Assembly (NCBI GenBank): GCA_030704615.1
Contig: CM060733.1
Coordinates: forward strand, 42,160,001 to 42,224,000
Source of the DNA: Takakia lepidozioides
Lineage: Eukaryota; Plantae; Bryophyta
Length of the DNA stretch: 64,000 bases
Reading direction: 5' to 3'
Made by a program: the position numbers and the translations under genes. The notes under the pieces were generated by a model that saw nothing but the letters and a program-made list of their open reading frames with translations, was not told where the DNA came from and made no database searches. Shown piece after piece: positions 36,988-49,934 of the stretch (position 1 is the first letter of the stretch; each line of letters opens with the position of its first letter).

Positions 36988-37760
36988 CGAAATGCGGCGC
37001 CGCATTTCCAAGTCGGGATCGAAATGCGGCACCGCATTTCCATGTCGGACATCGAAATGCGGCACCGCATTTCCATGTGGGACAAGAAAATGCGGTGCAT
37101 CATTTCCGTCCAGGTACACGAAATACCAACACGGGTCTATAAATTGATCAGAAAACGAGGTTGGCATTGCAAATGCGGCGACGCATTTCCAGCTTGGCAA
37201 TGGAAACTTCTTTTTGGACAAGGGAATGCGGTGCCGCATTTCCGTCCAACACTTCGAAAAGTGCACCTATTTCCGACCAGCGCGATGGAATGCGTTACCG
37301 CATTTCCGAGAGAGGGTCTGCAAATTGACAAATTGCGATGTCCGTTCTGGAAATGCGGCGCCGCATTTCCATGTCCGTCATCGACTTTTTTTTTACAATG
37401 GAATGCGGTGCCAGTTTTTGTTGATGGGTCTGCAGTTCGAACAACCACCATCCCCAATATGGAAATGCGGCACCGCATTTCCAATCCCGCCATGTCGGCC
37501 TCCTTGTTCGACCTCCTTGTTCGACCTCTGTAAGCGTGGTGGCATCCATGCAATGAGCGGGAGAGGCCAAAACTGGCGTGTGGACAAAGGAAATTTTGGA
37601 AATGCGGCACCGCATTCCCAATTCAGATTACTTTTTACTATGCCAACATTGAAATGGAAAAATTAGTCCCTCCCCTGTTTTGGAAATGCGGTGCCGCATT
37701 TCCAAAAGAGGTTCTTAGAGTTGCCAAAATTTTGGAAATGCCCTGTCCCATTTCTGATTT
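36988..37760. repeat. Irregular cluster of 22-bp palindromes downstream of the ParB-MTase gene (copy 3)
   Basis: About a dozen palindrome variants. Confidence 0.85.
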
Positions 37761-37891
37761 TGGGAGCGTCCTGGTTTGGGCGATTGTGTGGCTGGAATGC
37801 ACACTGGAGAGGGGTCACGAATGTCGGGCAGAATTTTCTTTATATACTCTGGAAGAGAATTTACATTTACAGAGACTTCATTAAAATTCTA

Positions 37892-40800
37892 TTAATCTTG
37901 AAAATCATCGGAATCCTCATCCTGTTCTAGACTGTCCTGCTCCTCCTCCACCCCCTCAGTGCCTCTCTCATCTCCAGCGGACTGCTCGTTGGCCAGGCTT
38001 TCGAAAATCCCATCTTCCCCTTGCGGAACTGTCCATCTCACCTCCGTTGGGTCGTCCTCCTCCCTGTCTGCGTCGCTCTCATCCGCTGAATCACATATGT
38101 ACTTTCGTACCCGTCTACCTGTCTGAGCTGCTGCCAACTCTTTCCTTATCCTTCTGTCCTCCCTAGCCCTCTCCAAAATCTGCTCTACTTTACTGGGATT
38201 CTCACTTCTTCTAATCGCTGTATTTGCGAGTTTAGCTGCATAACTAGGAAGGGAGTAGTCCCTCACCGGGCTCGTCATGAAGTCGGCCCTCGCAAAGAAC
38301 GGGACATTCTTCCTGGCAGGAAGTGTAGGCCCTACATGTTTCGACCCGGACCCTGCAATCCTGCACATGACAATCATCAACGAGACTAATGAGAACCACA
38401 GTCGGGAAATTCCTTTGACATAAATGACCCAGAAGGCTTTGCAAACTTACAATGTTTGCACTCACTCGTATTCCGGGTTCTCCTCTGCATCAATGTCCAC
38501 TGTGTCTTCCTCGGACTCCGACGAATCCGAGGAGACTTCCGCTCTGTCGGGAGCCTTCACATTCCGTTGCAGCCCCTCCAGATGGGATCCCCACACGGAT
38601 GAATCCTCCTCGTAGGCAAAGAGGTGCCGGTCGGAAAACCGCCCAGCCCACATTGAGGCACCTGTTACAATGCCATCCACACATTACCACATGGCGCTTC
38701 AGATGTTGCGAACTACATCCTAACGAGAATTTGCAGAACAGCAGAGATCAAGATTCTGCATACCTGTCCCACAGATGAGGTCCAGCACTGTGCCCTCCAC
38801 GTCTGTGCATGTCTCCATAATTGTCTGAATGAAGGCAGGGCTCCGAGTCCGTGAGTACCGCAGGGGTTCCGTTGAAGTGAGGCTATGAGGGAGAAGTTCC
38901 TTGGGAACGTTGTTGAACAGAACGTCGTAATCGAGTGGGTCGCAGTTCGGGTCAACCTTTCCTCCCTCCTTCCGGAAAGCAAAGGTGGAGTTTTCCTTCA
39001 CAAAGCAGTATGCATCGAACTGCTTCGTCTGCATACACAGGGGGAAAACGATTAGAAACCGAATGCGGCACCGCATTTGAAAGCACCCAAGCAAATGAAT
39101 GGACGAGTGCCAGTGTCGTAATCACCTTCTTCCCTTCCGACCGAAGGCCCAGTGTGTTGATGCACGTCCACTTCTTTTTCAGAATCGGGACGGCGCTCTT
39201 GCGGGTCCACTTCGCAATTCCTGTCTGAGTGTTTTTTCCTCTGCTCGCCAGGACAACCACACAGCCTCTGTCGTCCAACACCATGCGGGCAAGCCCGAAT
39301 CCTTTCTTCCAAAAGTCCTCCGAGTACCTGTTCCAAGATGGCAAAGCTTGCAGTCCTTCCACAGGCTCTCCGTCCGGAATATCCAAGATGATCATATCGC
39401 AAGACCACTCGGTGGCATTTCCGCCCCTCCTACAATCCTTGTCTGCACACACCCTCTCAAAGAACGAGACCATATTCTGAAATCCTGGGGTGTCGGAAGG
39501 CTCTTCGGCAGTCGCCTTCTTCAGTGCTCTGCCCTTCAGACCCTCCATGGTCTTCATGTATGCCAACTTGGCTGCCCGTCCATCCAAAGCCGCCAAGAAA
39601 CTCTCATTTACACACTGGACTACAGTTTCGGGAGCCACTTTCGGCCTCTTCATTTCCACCGGCTCGAAAGGGTGCCCCCCTGGGGGGTTGAAGAGTGCCT
39701 TCTTTGCCGAGCCAGTTCTCGTGCCTCTCGTGACAACGGTGGGCACAGGGGAGGCAGCCTGCGTTTGGGGGGGTGGGCTGGTTGCAAAGTCTCCATCGGA
39801 GTCCTCTTCCTCACCCTCTTCCTGAACAGGCTGTTTCTGCTTCTTCGTTTTGGCGGGTGTCACAACAGCTGCTCCTTGCTGGCGAGTCCTCTTCTTCGAC
39901 CCCTTCTGTTGGGCCTGCACAGCTGCATCCACCGTCTTTTGTGCCATCTCAGCTGCCTTTCTGGATTCTTCCAGAGCAGCAGATTCCTTTGCCGACTTTG
40001 GCCCAGCAGGGACACGTCTTTCCTTTCTCTTCTCTTCTGCCAAGGCGTGCAGATCTTTCTCAGACTCGTCAACAATACCGCCAGACATGTCCAGGTACCA
40101 CGGGCATCCAACGAGATGCGCGGGATGCCATTGTTTCTGCATCTCGGGTGTGTAGACACAGCTTGGGCCCGCCACGGTCCAAGCCATGAAGAACGGGGGC
40201 TCTTGAGCCAGGGCCCCTGTCTGAAGGAGCACGTATTTCATATACCTGCAAGGCAGTCAGCATGCGTGAGCAAAACTTGAGACCAACCTACTGGCAGAGT
40301 GCCACCGAAAACATAAAATGCGAATGCGGTGCCGCATTTCCGAGACAAACCTCGTAACCAGGCTTCGCATACAAGGGCAGCTGTGCTTCACCTGTAAACA
40401 ATTCGCATTGCAGCTTTCCCCGCTCCCTCCTGATGTGTAAACTCCACGCTCCTTCTTGCTGTCTGTAGCTCTCTGGCGAAAAGGTTGTCCTTGTACGCAC
40501 ATCTGAAACGTGTCACGTAGTCTTCCAATGTCTGTGTTCCATCCCATTTGACGTACAAGCCGAACGAATTTGTGTGCATTACGACTTGCTCCTTTGCATT
40601 CGACATTACCTGCCATTCCCAAATGCATTGTCACGTAGCAGTTCAGGGAATTCATGTCAGAAAAGCAAATCTGGGGAAGTACCTTGAATTACCTGGAACC
40701 ACCAAGTCATACGGTTGAGCCACACATCCACTGCAGGGTCGGAAACTTCCAGTGGAAAAGACCACATTGTCCTTATGCTCTCGGATGCATTCCAGATCGA

Positions 40801-43016
40801 CAGCCACCGTGTCTGCCATTTCCGATCCAATGTCAGTGGCTGGAAGAGAGTGGCTATTGCTAGGAAGGAAATTCAGTGCATTGAAACCTCACCTTCTCTT
40901 TCGCCTCCACACATGCCGTTGAGAGGTGATGCAGTTTCTCCAATTGCATGGTCGGCTGCATGGCCCGAGAATAGTGTTTTGCAATCTCGGGGATGAAGTC
41001 CTTTCCAAGTGCCGGATCTGCAATTGCCACCAGCTTCACAAGCTTTGACTTGTATTTGGTTCTGGACTTGACACCGGCTTCCTTCAAGTGCTCAGTCAAT
41101 GACTGCAACGTTTTGACCTGCCCCTCACTTTCCATGAAGAAGCGTTTGGCATGGGCCAAATCCAGCTTGATGTTTGACTGCCAACAAAAACATGCAGAAG
41201 CGTTACATTCGATTCATGTGGAAACATTACTGGAAATTGGGGAAGGATGAGCAGAGGGAAATTGGAGCACGACTTACTTCGTATATCACCTCCACCATTC
41301 CATCCATAGTGAGACGATACCATGTCCGGTCTGTTTTTGCAACGGCTTTCTGAATGAGCTCCGGCTCCAGCATTTCCGCAAACATCTGCGGATCAGTAAG
41401 ACCAGTTTTCCTCACCCTGTACAGCATATGTGCCATGTGGGTATGCACGTACGCATTCTCAGTGACCCTGCAAGGCACACTCTCCAGTTCAGTACACGGA
41501 AGCACGGAATCAAACCAGAATGGAAACCGAAATGCGGCACCGCATTTCGAATGTGCTAGGGAGGGTATGAGTATCTTACGAGTTGAGGTCCGCCATGGCA
41601 TTCTTGAGGAGGGAGGAGTCTGCCGCCTTCACCTTGAGGATGACACACTCCACCATGTAATGCCAGCCAATGTGCTTGGCATGGTTCTGCTTGATGTACT
41701 CCCACCAGGCGAGAAGTCGGTGATTCCCGTCCCACACAAAGAACATTTTTCCCGACATATGGCCGAAGTCGGGATCACCCTTCAGCGTCGCCTCGAATTC
41801 GTGGTTGCGAGTGTGCCAGTGGGTATCCCACGTTGACAATTCATCGGCAGTGGGTCCACGGGTTTCGCCGTCCTCATTCTCTATGGAAACGTAAAACGCT
41901 GCCGATCCCAGACGGTACCCTTCTCGAAATGCGAACTTGAGCTTATCCACATCTCCGGGAAGGGCCTGCCTGACGATGGGAAGGGAGACCATGCGACAGA
42001 GTGGGATTCGAAGAGTCCGCTGGAATACCCTGCTGCCCAGAACTCTGCCAATGCTACTGTGTGTCTCCTCCAACATTTTATCCGCTGCACTTTTGAAATC
42101 CTCCGGAGACATGTCTGTAGGTGCCGGTAGTGGCTGAGCAGGTGGAGCATCCTCAACTGGAGCTGCACTCTGGGGCCTGTGTGCGGGCAATTCTGCCACT
42201 GCAGAGGCCTCCTCCGGGCCTGCTAGCTCATCGGTGGTGAGGTCTGCCTGCGAACGTTCAGCGGCAGCACCCTCCTCCGGTACCAAATCGAGATCAACGG
42301 TCGATCCCATTGCCTTCGCTGCAGCAGAGTCGGCCCCAACATCTGCAGGCGGGAAATCCTCCAGGAACTGAGCTTCAGCTCGTGGAAGCGGTTTTGCGGG
42401 AGATTGTTCGCCCGTCGCCCTGATTGCCTTCTGCTTCCTCATCCTTGCAGGTGAAGGTGTCTGCTGCAATAGAATCTGTCTTCTACCCTGCTGCTTCATT
42501 CGCGTTGGGGGGGGTGAATCGGCCTGAGCCGGTTCAGAAGCCAGTAGAGGGACGGGCTGCTTCTTCTTCGACTTTGCTGGAGAAGGGCCCGACCCCTGCT
42601 GGCGATTCTCCATGATCGAAGAACGCGAGTCGATCTCTGAGACTTTGAACTTGCCCTTCGAAGACGCGTCTTTGAATCGCAGAGGGCTAGGCCCGGCAGG
42701 AGTACCCGCGCTCGGGGATCGGGTGGGTGTACGTGCTGCAGCTAGCTCCTCGGACTCTTCCTGCGGCTCTTCGGATTCCTGCGATCCCTCCAGCACGTCC
42801 ACCTTTCCTGTTAGGCATGCAAACATGTTCTGCATTCAAGTCTCCTAGCATTCAGTCTAAGAATTACAGAAGCAAAATGGGGGGTTCGGTGCTCGATCAG
42901 CTGCGCGCAGCCCGATCGCATGGAGCTCTCACTGGTGGCTGGGTTGCCTGAGTGGCCTGCTGCTCGGAGATGGCAATCTCCTCCTGTAGACGCATCTGCT
43001 TCCTCCCCTTCGGCAT
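37892..43016 (-). CDS. Predicted 10-exon gene (~1,407 aa): ParB/Srx-like domain fused to a beta-class N6A/N4C methyltransferase-like domain
   Basis: Exons 43016-42933, 42829-41580, 41467-41278, 41177-40893, 40839-40693, 40609-40392, 40245-39126, 39028-38764, 38661-38466 and 38360-37892; all introns GT-AG and phase-consistent (exon 1 least certain). DGNHR at 41717-41731; DIPD at 39372-39383; VLDLICGT|GASMWAGRFSDRHLFAYEED across intron 8. Confidence 0.75.
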
Positions 43017-43452
43017 TGGCCTACGTCCGAAGTATAATTTCCGGAGCTTGCGACGAGGTCTCCTGTCTGGTGCACGAACTCCCCCCCTCTCAGGTTCGAG
43101 CATAAGAAGAACAGAGAGAGGGAAAAGGGGCAAAGAGTGCAGATGGAAAGGGCGCGAGAGGGGTGACTGAGGAGACACGACAAAAGTAGATGAAACGGCG
43201 GTGATGCACCACTTGGGTTCGAAAGGTTGGACGAAAGTGTCTCCTCGTGGAGTTTGCGTCATTACGAAATTCGAATCGTTGAGGGTACGCCCGCCGTCCG
43301 AAAATCAAACATCATTATCCAACGGTCAGGCCGCGCCGCCTCATGCCCCTTCAGTCAGATAGAGTGCCGACATGTGCAGCAATTCCGTTGCTCCACGTGT
43401 TCACATTTCAAGGCATTTCCGTCCCAGCGTCTGATGAGTTGGAGCGAGAATG

Positions 43453-45157
43453 CGAATGCGGCGCCGCATTTCCGTTAAGTACCATCACTCTGCTACACAT
43501 CCGTACTTGTTGGAAGAAAATGCGGCACCGCATTTCCGTTCCACCTTCACATACCTTAGTTGTTGAACGGAAATACGGTGCCGCATTTCCGTCCCACAGC
43601 TCCATGTATGAGATTCAGAAGGGAAATGCGGCGCCGCATTTCCGTTCCCACTTCACATACGTTAGTTGATGAATGGAAATGCCGTGCCACATTTCCGTTC
43701 GGGAAAGTATAGAGGTCTCACCTGGACAGAAATGCGGTGTCGCATTTCCGGTCTGGAAAGGTTGAAGGTCTCACATGGATGGAAATGCGGCAACACATTT
43801 CCGTAGCACAGCTCCAGGCCGAATATACAAAACGGAAATGCGGCGCCGCATTTCCGTTCGAGAATGTCGGAAGGTGCGACTCGAACGGAAATGCGGTGCC
43901 GCATTTCTGTACCCGTTGCGCACGATTTTCAGTCAGAATGGAAATGCGGTACCGCATTTCCGTTCTGTAGAGTATTAACGTCTGACGCTGGCGGAAATGC
44001 CTTCCCGCATTTTCGTTCCACAGCTCCATGCCTCACATACAAAACGGAAATGCGGTGCCGCATTTCCGTTTTGGAATGTCGGATGGTGGGACTCCGACGG
44101 AAATGCGGTACCGCATTTCAATTCCGATGTTTCAGGATATTTCATCAGAACGGAAATGCGGTGCCGCATTTCCCTTTTAAATCTAATACATTCCGTTCTG
44201 GAATGTTGGGAGGTGCGACTCGGATGGAAATGCGCTGCCGCATTTCAGTTCCGATGGTTCACGATTTTCAGTCAGAACGGAAATGCGGTGCCGCATTTCC
44301 GTTCTGGAATGATGGTAGGTGCGACTCGGATGGAAATACGTTGCCGCATTTCAGTTCCGATGGTTCACGATTTTCAGTCAGAACGGAAATGCGGTGCCGC
44401 ATTTCCGTTCTGGAATGATGGTAGGTGCGACTCGGATGGAAATACGGTGCCGCATTTCAGTTCAGATAGTTCACGATTTTCAGTCAGAACGGAAATGCGG
44501 TGCCGCATTTCCGTTCTGGATAGTGTGAATGTCTCAACCGGTCGGAATTGCGCTGTATGAAGCTGTCGGAATCTTACTCGGCTCCAGGCATCAGATACAA
44601 AATGGAAATGCGGCGCCGCATTTCCTTTATGGAATGTCGAAAAGTGCGACTTTGACGGAAATGCGGTGCCGCATTTCTGTTCCCGTTGTTCATAATTCTC
44701 AATCAGAACGGAAATGCGGTACCGCATTTCCGTTCCACCTTCACATACCGTGCTTGTTGAATGAAAATGCGGTACCGCATTTCCGTTCTCGAGAGTATGA
44801 ATGTCTTTTAAGGACGGAAATGTGCTGCAGCATTTCTATCCCTCAGCTCCATGCATCAGATACAAAATGGAAATGCGGCGCCGCATTCCCGTTCTGGAAT
44901 GTCGAAAAGTGCGACTCGGACGGAAATGCGGTGCCGCATTTCTGTTCCCGTTGTTCATAAATCTCAATCAGAACGGAAATGCGGTACCGCATTTCCGTTC
45001 CACCTTCACATACCGTGCTTGCTGGATGGAAATGCGTTACCGCATTTCCGTTCTGGAGAGTATAAAGGTTTCCCCCGGACGGAAACTCGGTGCCGCATTT
45101 CCGTCGCTCTGTTGCATGACCAAGATGCAATACGGAAATGCGGCGCCGTATTTCCGT
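43453..45157. repeat. Array of ~31 22-bp palindromes at a 53-bp period between the divergent ParB-MTase and transposase genes
   Basis: Units every 53 bp in three runs: 43569-44152, 44226-44544 and 44604-45134. Confidence 0.95.
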
Positions 45158-45584
45158 CCACCAGCAATCGACAGAATCACTCGTGACGGGAAATCTGGAA
45201 CCTCAATGGGTTGCATTGTTCCGAAACAACACAATTGCGGCCAGTCTTGATGAGCACAACTTGGTTGTCTGACCGTTTTAACCAGCAGTCCTGGCACTTG
45301 TCAGTGCGAACGTTCCTGTCTGCACCGAGAATACTGCTGGATCCACCCTCAGGAGAAACTGTCAGGAGATGTTATTTCGTCGCCGAATCGGCCATCATTG
45401 TCCTACTCACTGGCTATGGAATCAAACCTCCCACCTTCATGCATGTAGCTTGAAACAATACTTTCCACTTCAATGTGCGACTTCCAATTGTCGATGGACT
45501 CCGCAGATCCACTTAGATGGTGCCTGTGAGCCTTGGTCTGTCGCTATACTGAACCTCGCACTTGCCAACTCCGTGCGGTGTTCG

Positions 45585-48500
45585 ATGGCTCCGAATTCCT
45601 ACGCTATAGTTTGCTGTCCTCCGCAACTTGGGAGAGCCTGGATCCCAAACGAGGGAGGACTTTGCAGAGTGACTGAAACTTACCTTTGTTCCAAATTCAA
45701 GCTCAAACCGGGCACAGTTTATTTGGAAGAAGAAAGGAAGGATGTTCCTGGACAGGTTGACGAGACCATTGTCGTGCTAGGTAACGACGGAGGTTGCGGA
45801 ATCGAATGGCACGTTCCCCCGTCAGACACCATCCTGTACCGAGCTGTGGGAATGCCCATTCCCTTTCCGAATCAGTCGCTGCCCACACCATCCACAAAGG
45901 AGTCCGGAAACCGAGAGGCGGCCACTGCCAACAGAGAGGTATGCAACGATAATCATTCCCGACCTGGACCGTCAAGACCCTCCATAGCTTCTCGTGTGGA
46001 CGTATTCGACATTTCCGACGAGGAAGATGATTGCATTGAGGTACCCATGTCCTCCACACGGTCGTTCAAATCCGGCATGGACGTCTCTGTAGGTGCTACG
46101 CATGTGCCCTCGAGCATAACTCCAACCCGGTCCATTGTGCAGCTCCTACGACAACATCACCTCGATGGTTCTCGCTCCGAGCTGGCTGCTCTCGACTATG
46201 CCAAATTCCCAGTCAGAAAGGTAACTTTTCTGCCTCCCGAAGTCGATGGCAATGTCATCTTCGAGTTTCCACCTGTTTCTTCGTCAAAGAAAGCCTCCGG
46301 GATGTTAACAGACATGGATCGAAAGCATGACGGACACCCCTGGTGTGTGACGAAGACCAGTAGCACGAAAATTGCTGATGGTGTTCGTGTACGATATGTC
46401 CTCTGTGCGGGGAAGCTGAGGTGCCTCAATCCCACCTGCTTCCACTTTCTCTCCAAAGGAGGGCGGAGAAACGAGACGGATTGGACTGGCACAACGCATC
46501 ATCCATTCATTGTCTCCAGCCAAGCTCCTGCGGGTTCTTTCAAGTGTGCACATTGCAAAGAACCACCGACGTGCATGTCCATGTGCAGAGCCAAGCAATA
46601 TTACGTAATCCATTTGCTCCCGGACTTGACTAGAGCTTGCATACACGTTGGGGTCCACTGCCACCCCTTGGCGAGAGGCAACATGCGTGAGGCTGTGCAG
46701 GAAGCACACGACATCATAAAAGAGGAGGTGAAATTGAGCCCCGGAGCCAGACCAAAGCAGATTCAGCTGAAGGCAGCCCACAAGATTGCTCTTGGCAAAA
46801 TCATGTCTGAAGATGGTTCCGACCGAGAGCCCTTGACCGAAGACGAGATGCGTGACCTCTTGGAGTCCGTCTCGCACGTTTGTAGTCCGAATGTGCGGAA
46901 TCACATCGTATCTTGCAAGCAGGAGTTCGGCAGGGGGTCGGACATGTACTCAATCCTGGAGGTGAAACGAATGACTGGATATGACTACATCCAAGGTAGC
47001 AGGTTTCCAGGGCAAGGCAGCGAATCCGATCGTTGTTACATTTTCAAAATGTCGACGTGTGGGCCTGGGAGTGGAGTCGACTTGGTCACTCGCATGACAA
47101 CTGGAAACTTGTCGAATGCTTGGGTGATGTTTGATCACATCAAGCGAATTACAAACCATCAGTGGGTGACTATGGGTGCGCATGTTTATGACTATCACTC
47201 CAAGAGGCTCATGACGATTGCAATCTGCGAGATGAAAGGGGAGGACACACAGTCCGAGATGCATCTGTGGGAGGGCATAAACGAGCAGATGGCAAGGGCG
47301 GGATTGCCAGAGCCCAATTTCAGGGGATTCATGGCAGACAACGCTCAGGCCAACTGGGCAGCGGTGCGGCGTGTGTACGGTGAGGACCCCAATGTTCCAA
47401 TGGAGGGGAAAGAGAGATCCTGTGGATTCCATTGGATGCAGAGTCTATCCCACTACACTACCAAATTTGTTGCTAGCTCATTCCAGGCTGAACACCGTGT
47501 CCTTTGTACGGCGTGGAAGGATGCACCCACATTTGATGACGCGGAGGTTAAGTTTGCTATCATCGAGGCTTGGTGGAACACGTCAGGTGCAGTGGAGACA
47601 ACCAATCTGGGAGCATTGCACAGCTGGTTGGGGTGGTGGCATTTTCGGTATCGACAGTTCGGACAGTACATGCGGGAGGTAGGCTGCTGTCATTTTCGTT
47701 CATTTGTCTTTCTGTTACGGACATTTCGATTGGTCCCTCACCGTTGTTTGTGTCCTTCTAGGAGCGGTGCTTGGATTCCGACACGGACATGCCGAACACG
47801 AATATGGCAGAATCGGTCCACTCCTCCTGGCGAGCGTCTTCTGCCGCACATCTGGTGGACGTAGTGACGGCCACAACGGAGGACATCGACAGAGCAATCA
47901 TGCAGCAAGCCACGTACTACAAGTTCCTGAGCGGCAAACAATGGGGCTTTGGGCCGGACAGGGAGGAATTGTTGGTACGAACAGCTTCGAGGTCCAAGAA
48001 TCCAGTGAAATGGGCGACAGCATTGCGAGAGAAGATCAAAGGGACGCCTCTGCACCGCAGAGGTGAACACCTAGAGGGGGACGTCCGGACTCGCCCTGTC
48101 AGGCGGAGGATTGAAGAGGAACCCGGGTGCGAAGAGGATTCCTGGAGATCCGACAGGAACATTCGGACAGCACCTCGAGGTCCCGTCATGTTGCCGCACA
48201 ATGTGTCTTCCAGCAGTGGAAGCCCAAGAAATTCCAGATCGCCGTCGCCTTCAACCGGGGATTTCGTGCAACAAATTCCCACCGCTCCCTTGCCCCACAT
48301 TCCGCCCGCTGTTATGCAGTATGGCCAAGCCATTGTGGAGACGACTGTGTCTGCCTCACAGTGGAGAATTGCTCGCACAAAGCCGTCGTTTCGAGGAAGG
48401 TGTTCCGCAATTCGTGTGGATACACGGCAACGTTGTTTAGAGATGATAAGGAGGAATCCAGATGGGGCTGTCCCTGCTCCTACTTTTACAGGAAGATTTG

Positions 48501-49192
48501 TCCATGCAAAGTTTGCGGAGGCGACAACCACCCAGTTCTGGTTCTGCAGGCACGACATTATGACTTGCGTGTATGGAAAGCCCAAGTACGGCATACAGAC
48601 AATGCCAGAGGCTCCCCCGGTGTGGCCGGTGGAACCAGGCTGCGATCTGAGTCAGGTTGAGGCCGACGCCCTTACCGCCGCAGGATTTCGGATGGTGCAG
48701 CGCACTGACGTGCCCAGACAACCATTTCCGCTTCCACAGCCTCCACCACCGACCCCTGTGAGAGCAAGAACAATGGGACACGACAGCTCTAAGCATCCTA
48801 CACACCGTTGGGGGAAACCGAAGAGGCGGCGACCTCCCTCAAAAGTGAACGAGACAAGGATGGGGAATGCACTTCGGATGAACTGTACAATCCAGAGCTC
48901 GACAGAAGTGCCCCCACCAGGATTCGGGCGTGTGTATCAGATGGCCACGGCGGGCTCAGCTGTTCGCAATGAGGTGTACACCATCACCATTTCAGAATTA
49001 CCCACCTGCAATTGCACCGACTTCCAGATCATGGCGAACAAGGGGGCATCATACTGCCCTTGCAAGCATTTGTACTACGTGTACCTAAAGAGACTCCGTT
49101 GTAATTCCACAACTCATCACTTCATACATGCACCAGGGTTGAGCCCCCAGGAGGTTCACACTCTTCTGAATATGGATCCAGGGGACCAGTGA
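45585..49192 (+). CDS. MULE/Mutator-like DDE transposase, 2 exons (45585-47678, 47762-49192; ~1,174 aa), with a Cys/His-rich GCM-like N-terminal domain and a C-terminal SWIM finger
   Basis: DGHPW..T.TS...CAGKLRCLNPTC...HVGVHCHP; VMFD, FMADN, CGFH, TNMAES; CNC...CPCKH; phase-0 GT-AG intron; no stops. Confidence 0.88.
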
Positions 49193-49934
49193 GCTTGGCT
49201 TGCGGTCCACATACAATGGTACGCCCATCGGATAGTAGAACTGTACTGCTGCCAGTACCTCAGACTCTGGCCACACAAAGGTCCGACATATGTCTTGCCT
49301 ACCAGTAACCTGTTTTGATCGAACTAAGATATTACTATATCGTTCACTTGTTTCCACGTGCATGTATTTTTGTATGTTGGAGGGTTCATGTTTTTCTGCT
49401 TTCCGAAAACTTGCTCTCCTCATTCGACCTCCGACAAGGAAATGCGGCGCCGAATTTCCAAGTATCGTCGTAGGTACCCCCAGAGGCGGCCTTCGCCAAC
49501 ACCAAACCGCTCCGAAATTTCGCACGTGCGAACCCTAATGCGGCACCCTATTTCCCAGTTCAGTTGCAAACCTTTCCCGCCGAATACCCGAAGAAGACAG
49601 AATTGTGAAGTACTGCAGACTGTATTGGTGCAGACTCCATTGGTTCAATCGCGGCAAAAGGGTCAGCTTCATTCCAATGTTAAGGCATGTAAAACCGCGG
49701 AATACTCTATACAGGCCAGTATGCGACGTCCTTTTGCAGTGGTATACTGGATTTCCCGTTGCACGGTCACTTATTTCCATGAGCGGATCTATAAAACCAT
49801 GAGCGGACTTGTTACTGACGACATATCTTCGCCGCATTACATGATCTGGAACGTCCAAAAACGGCAAGGTCAAATAAAAAACTATTATTTTAATACTTGT
49901 TTAATCTGCCGCATTTCCAAATTTGGAGGAGTCC

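Noticed and set aside
39029-39125. Frameshift in the MTase-like domain of copy 3
   Set aside because: The interval is a phase-0 GT-AG intron containing a palindrome; splicing restores the frame
39099-40280. 393-aa plus-strand ORF
   Set aside because: Antisense shadow of exon 7 with no recognisable motifs
43453-45157. True CRISPR array
   Set aside because: Spacers recur as a few related classes, no cas genes are visible, the context is eukaryotic, and the repeat also occurs singly in introns; reported as a phased palindrome array instead
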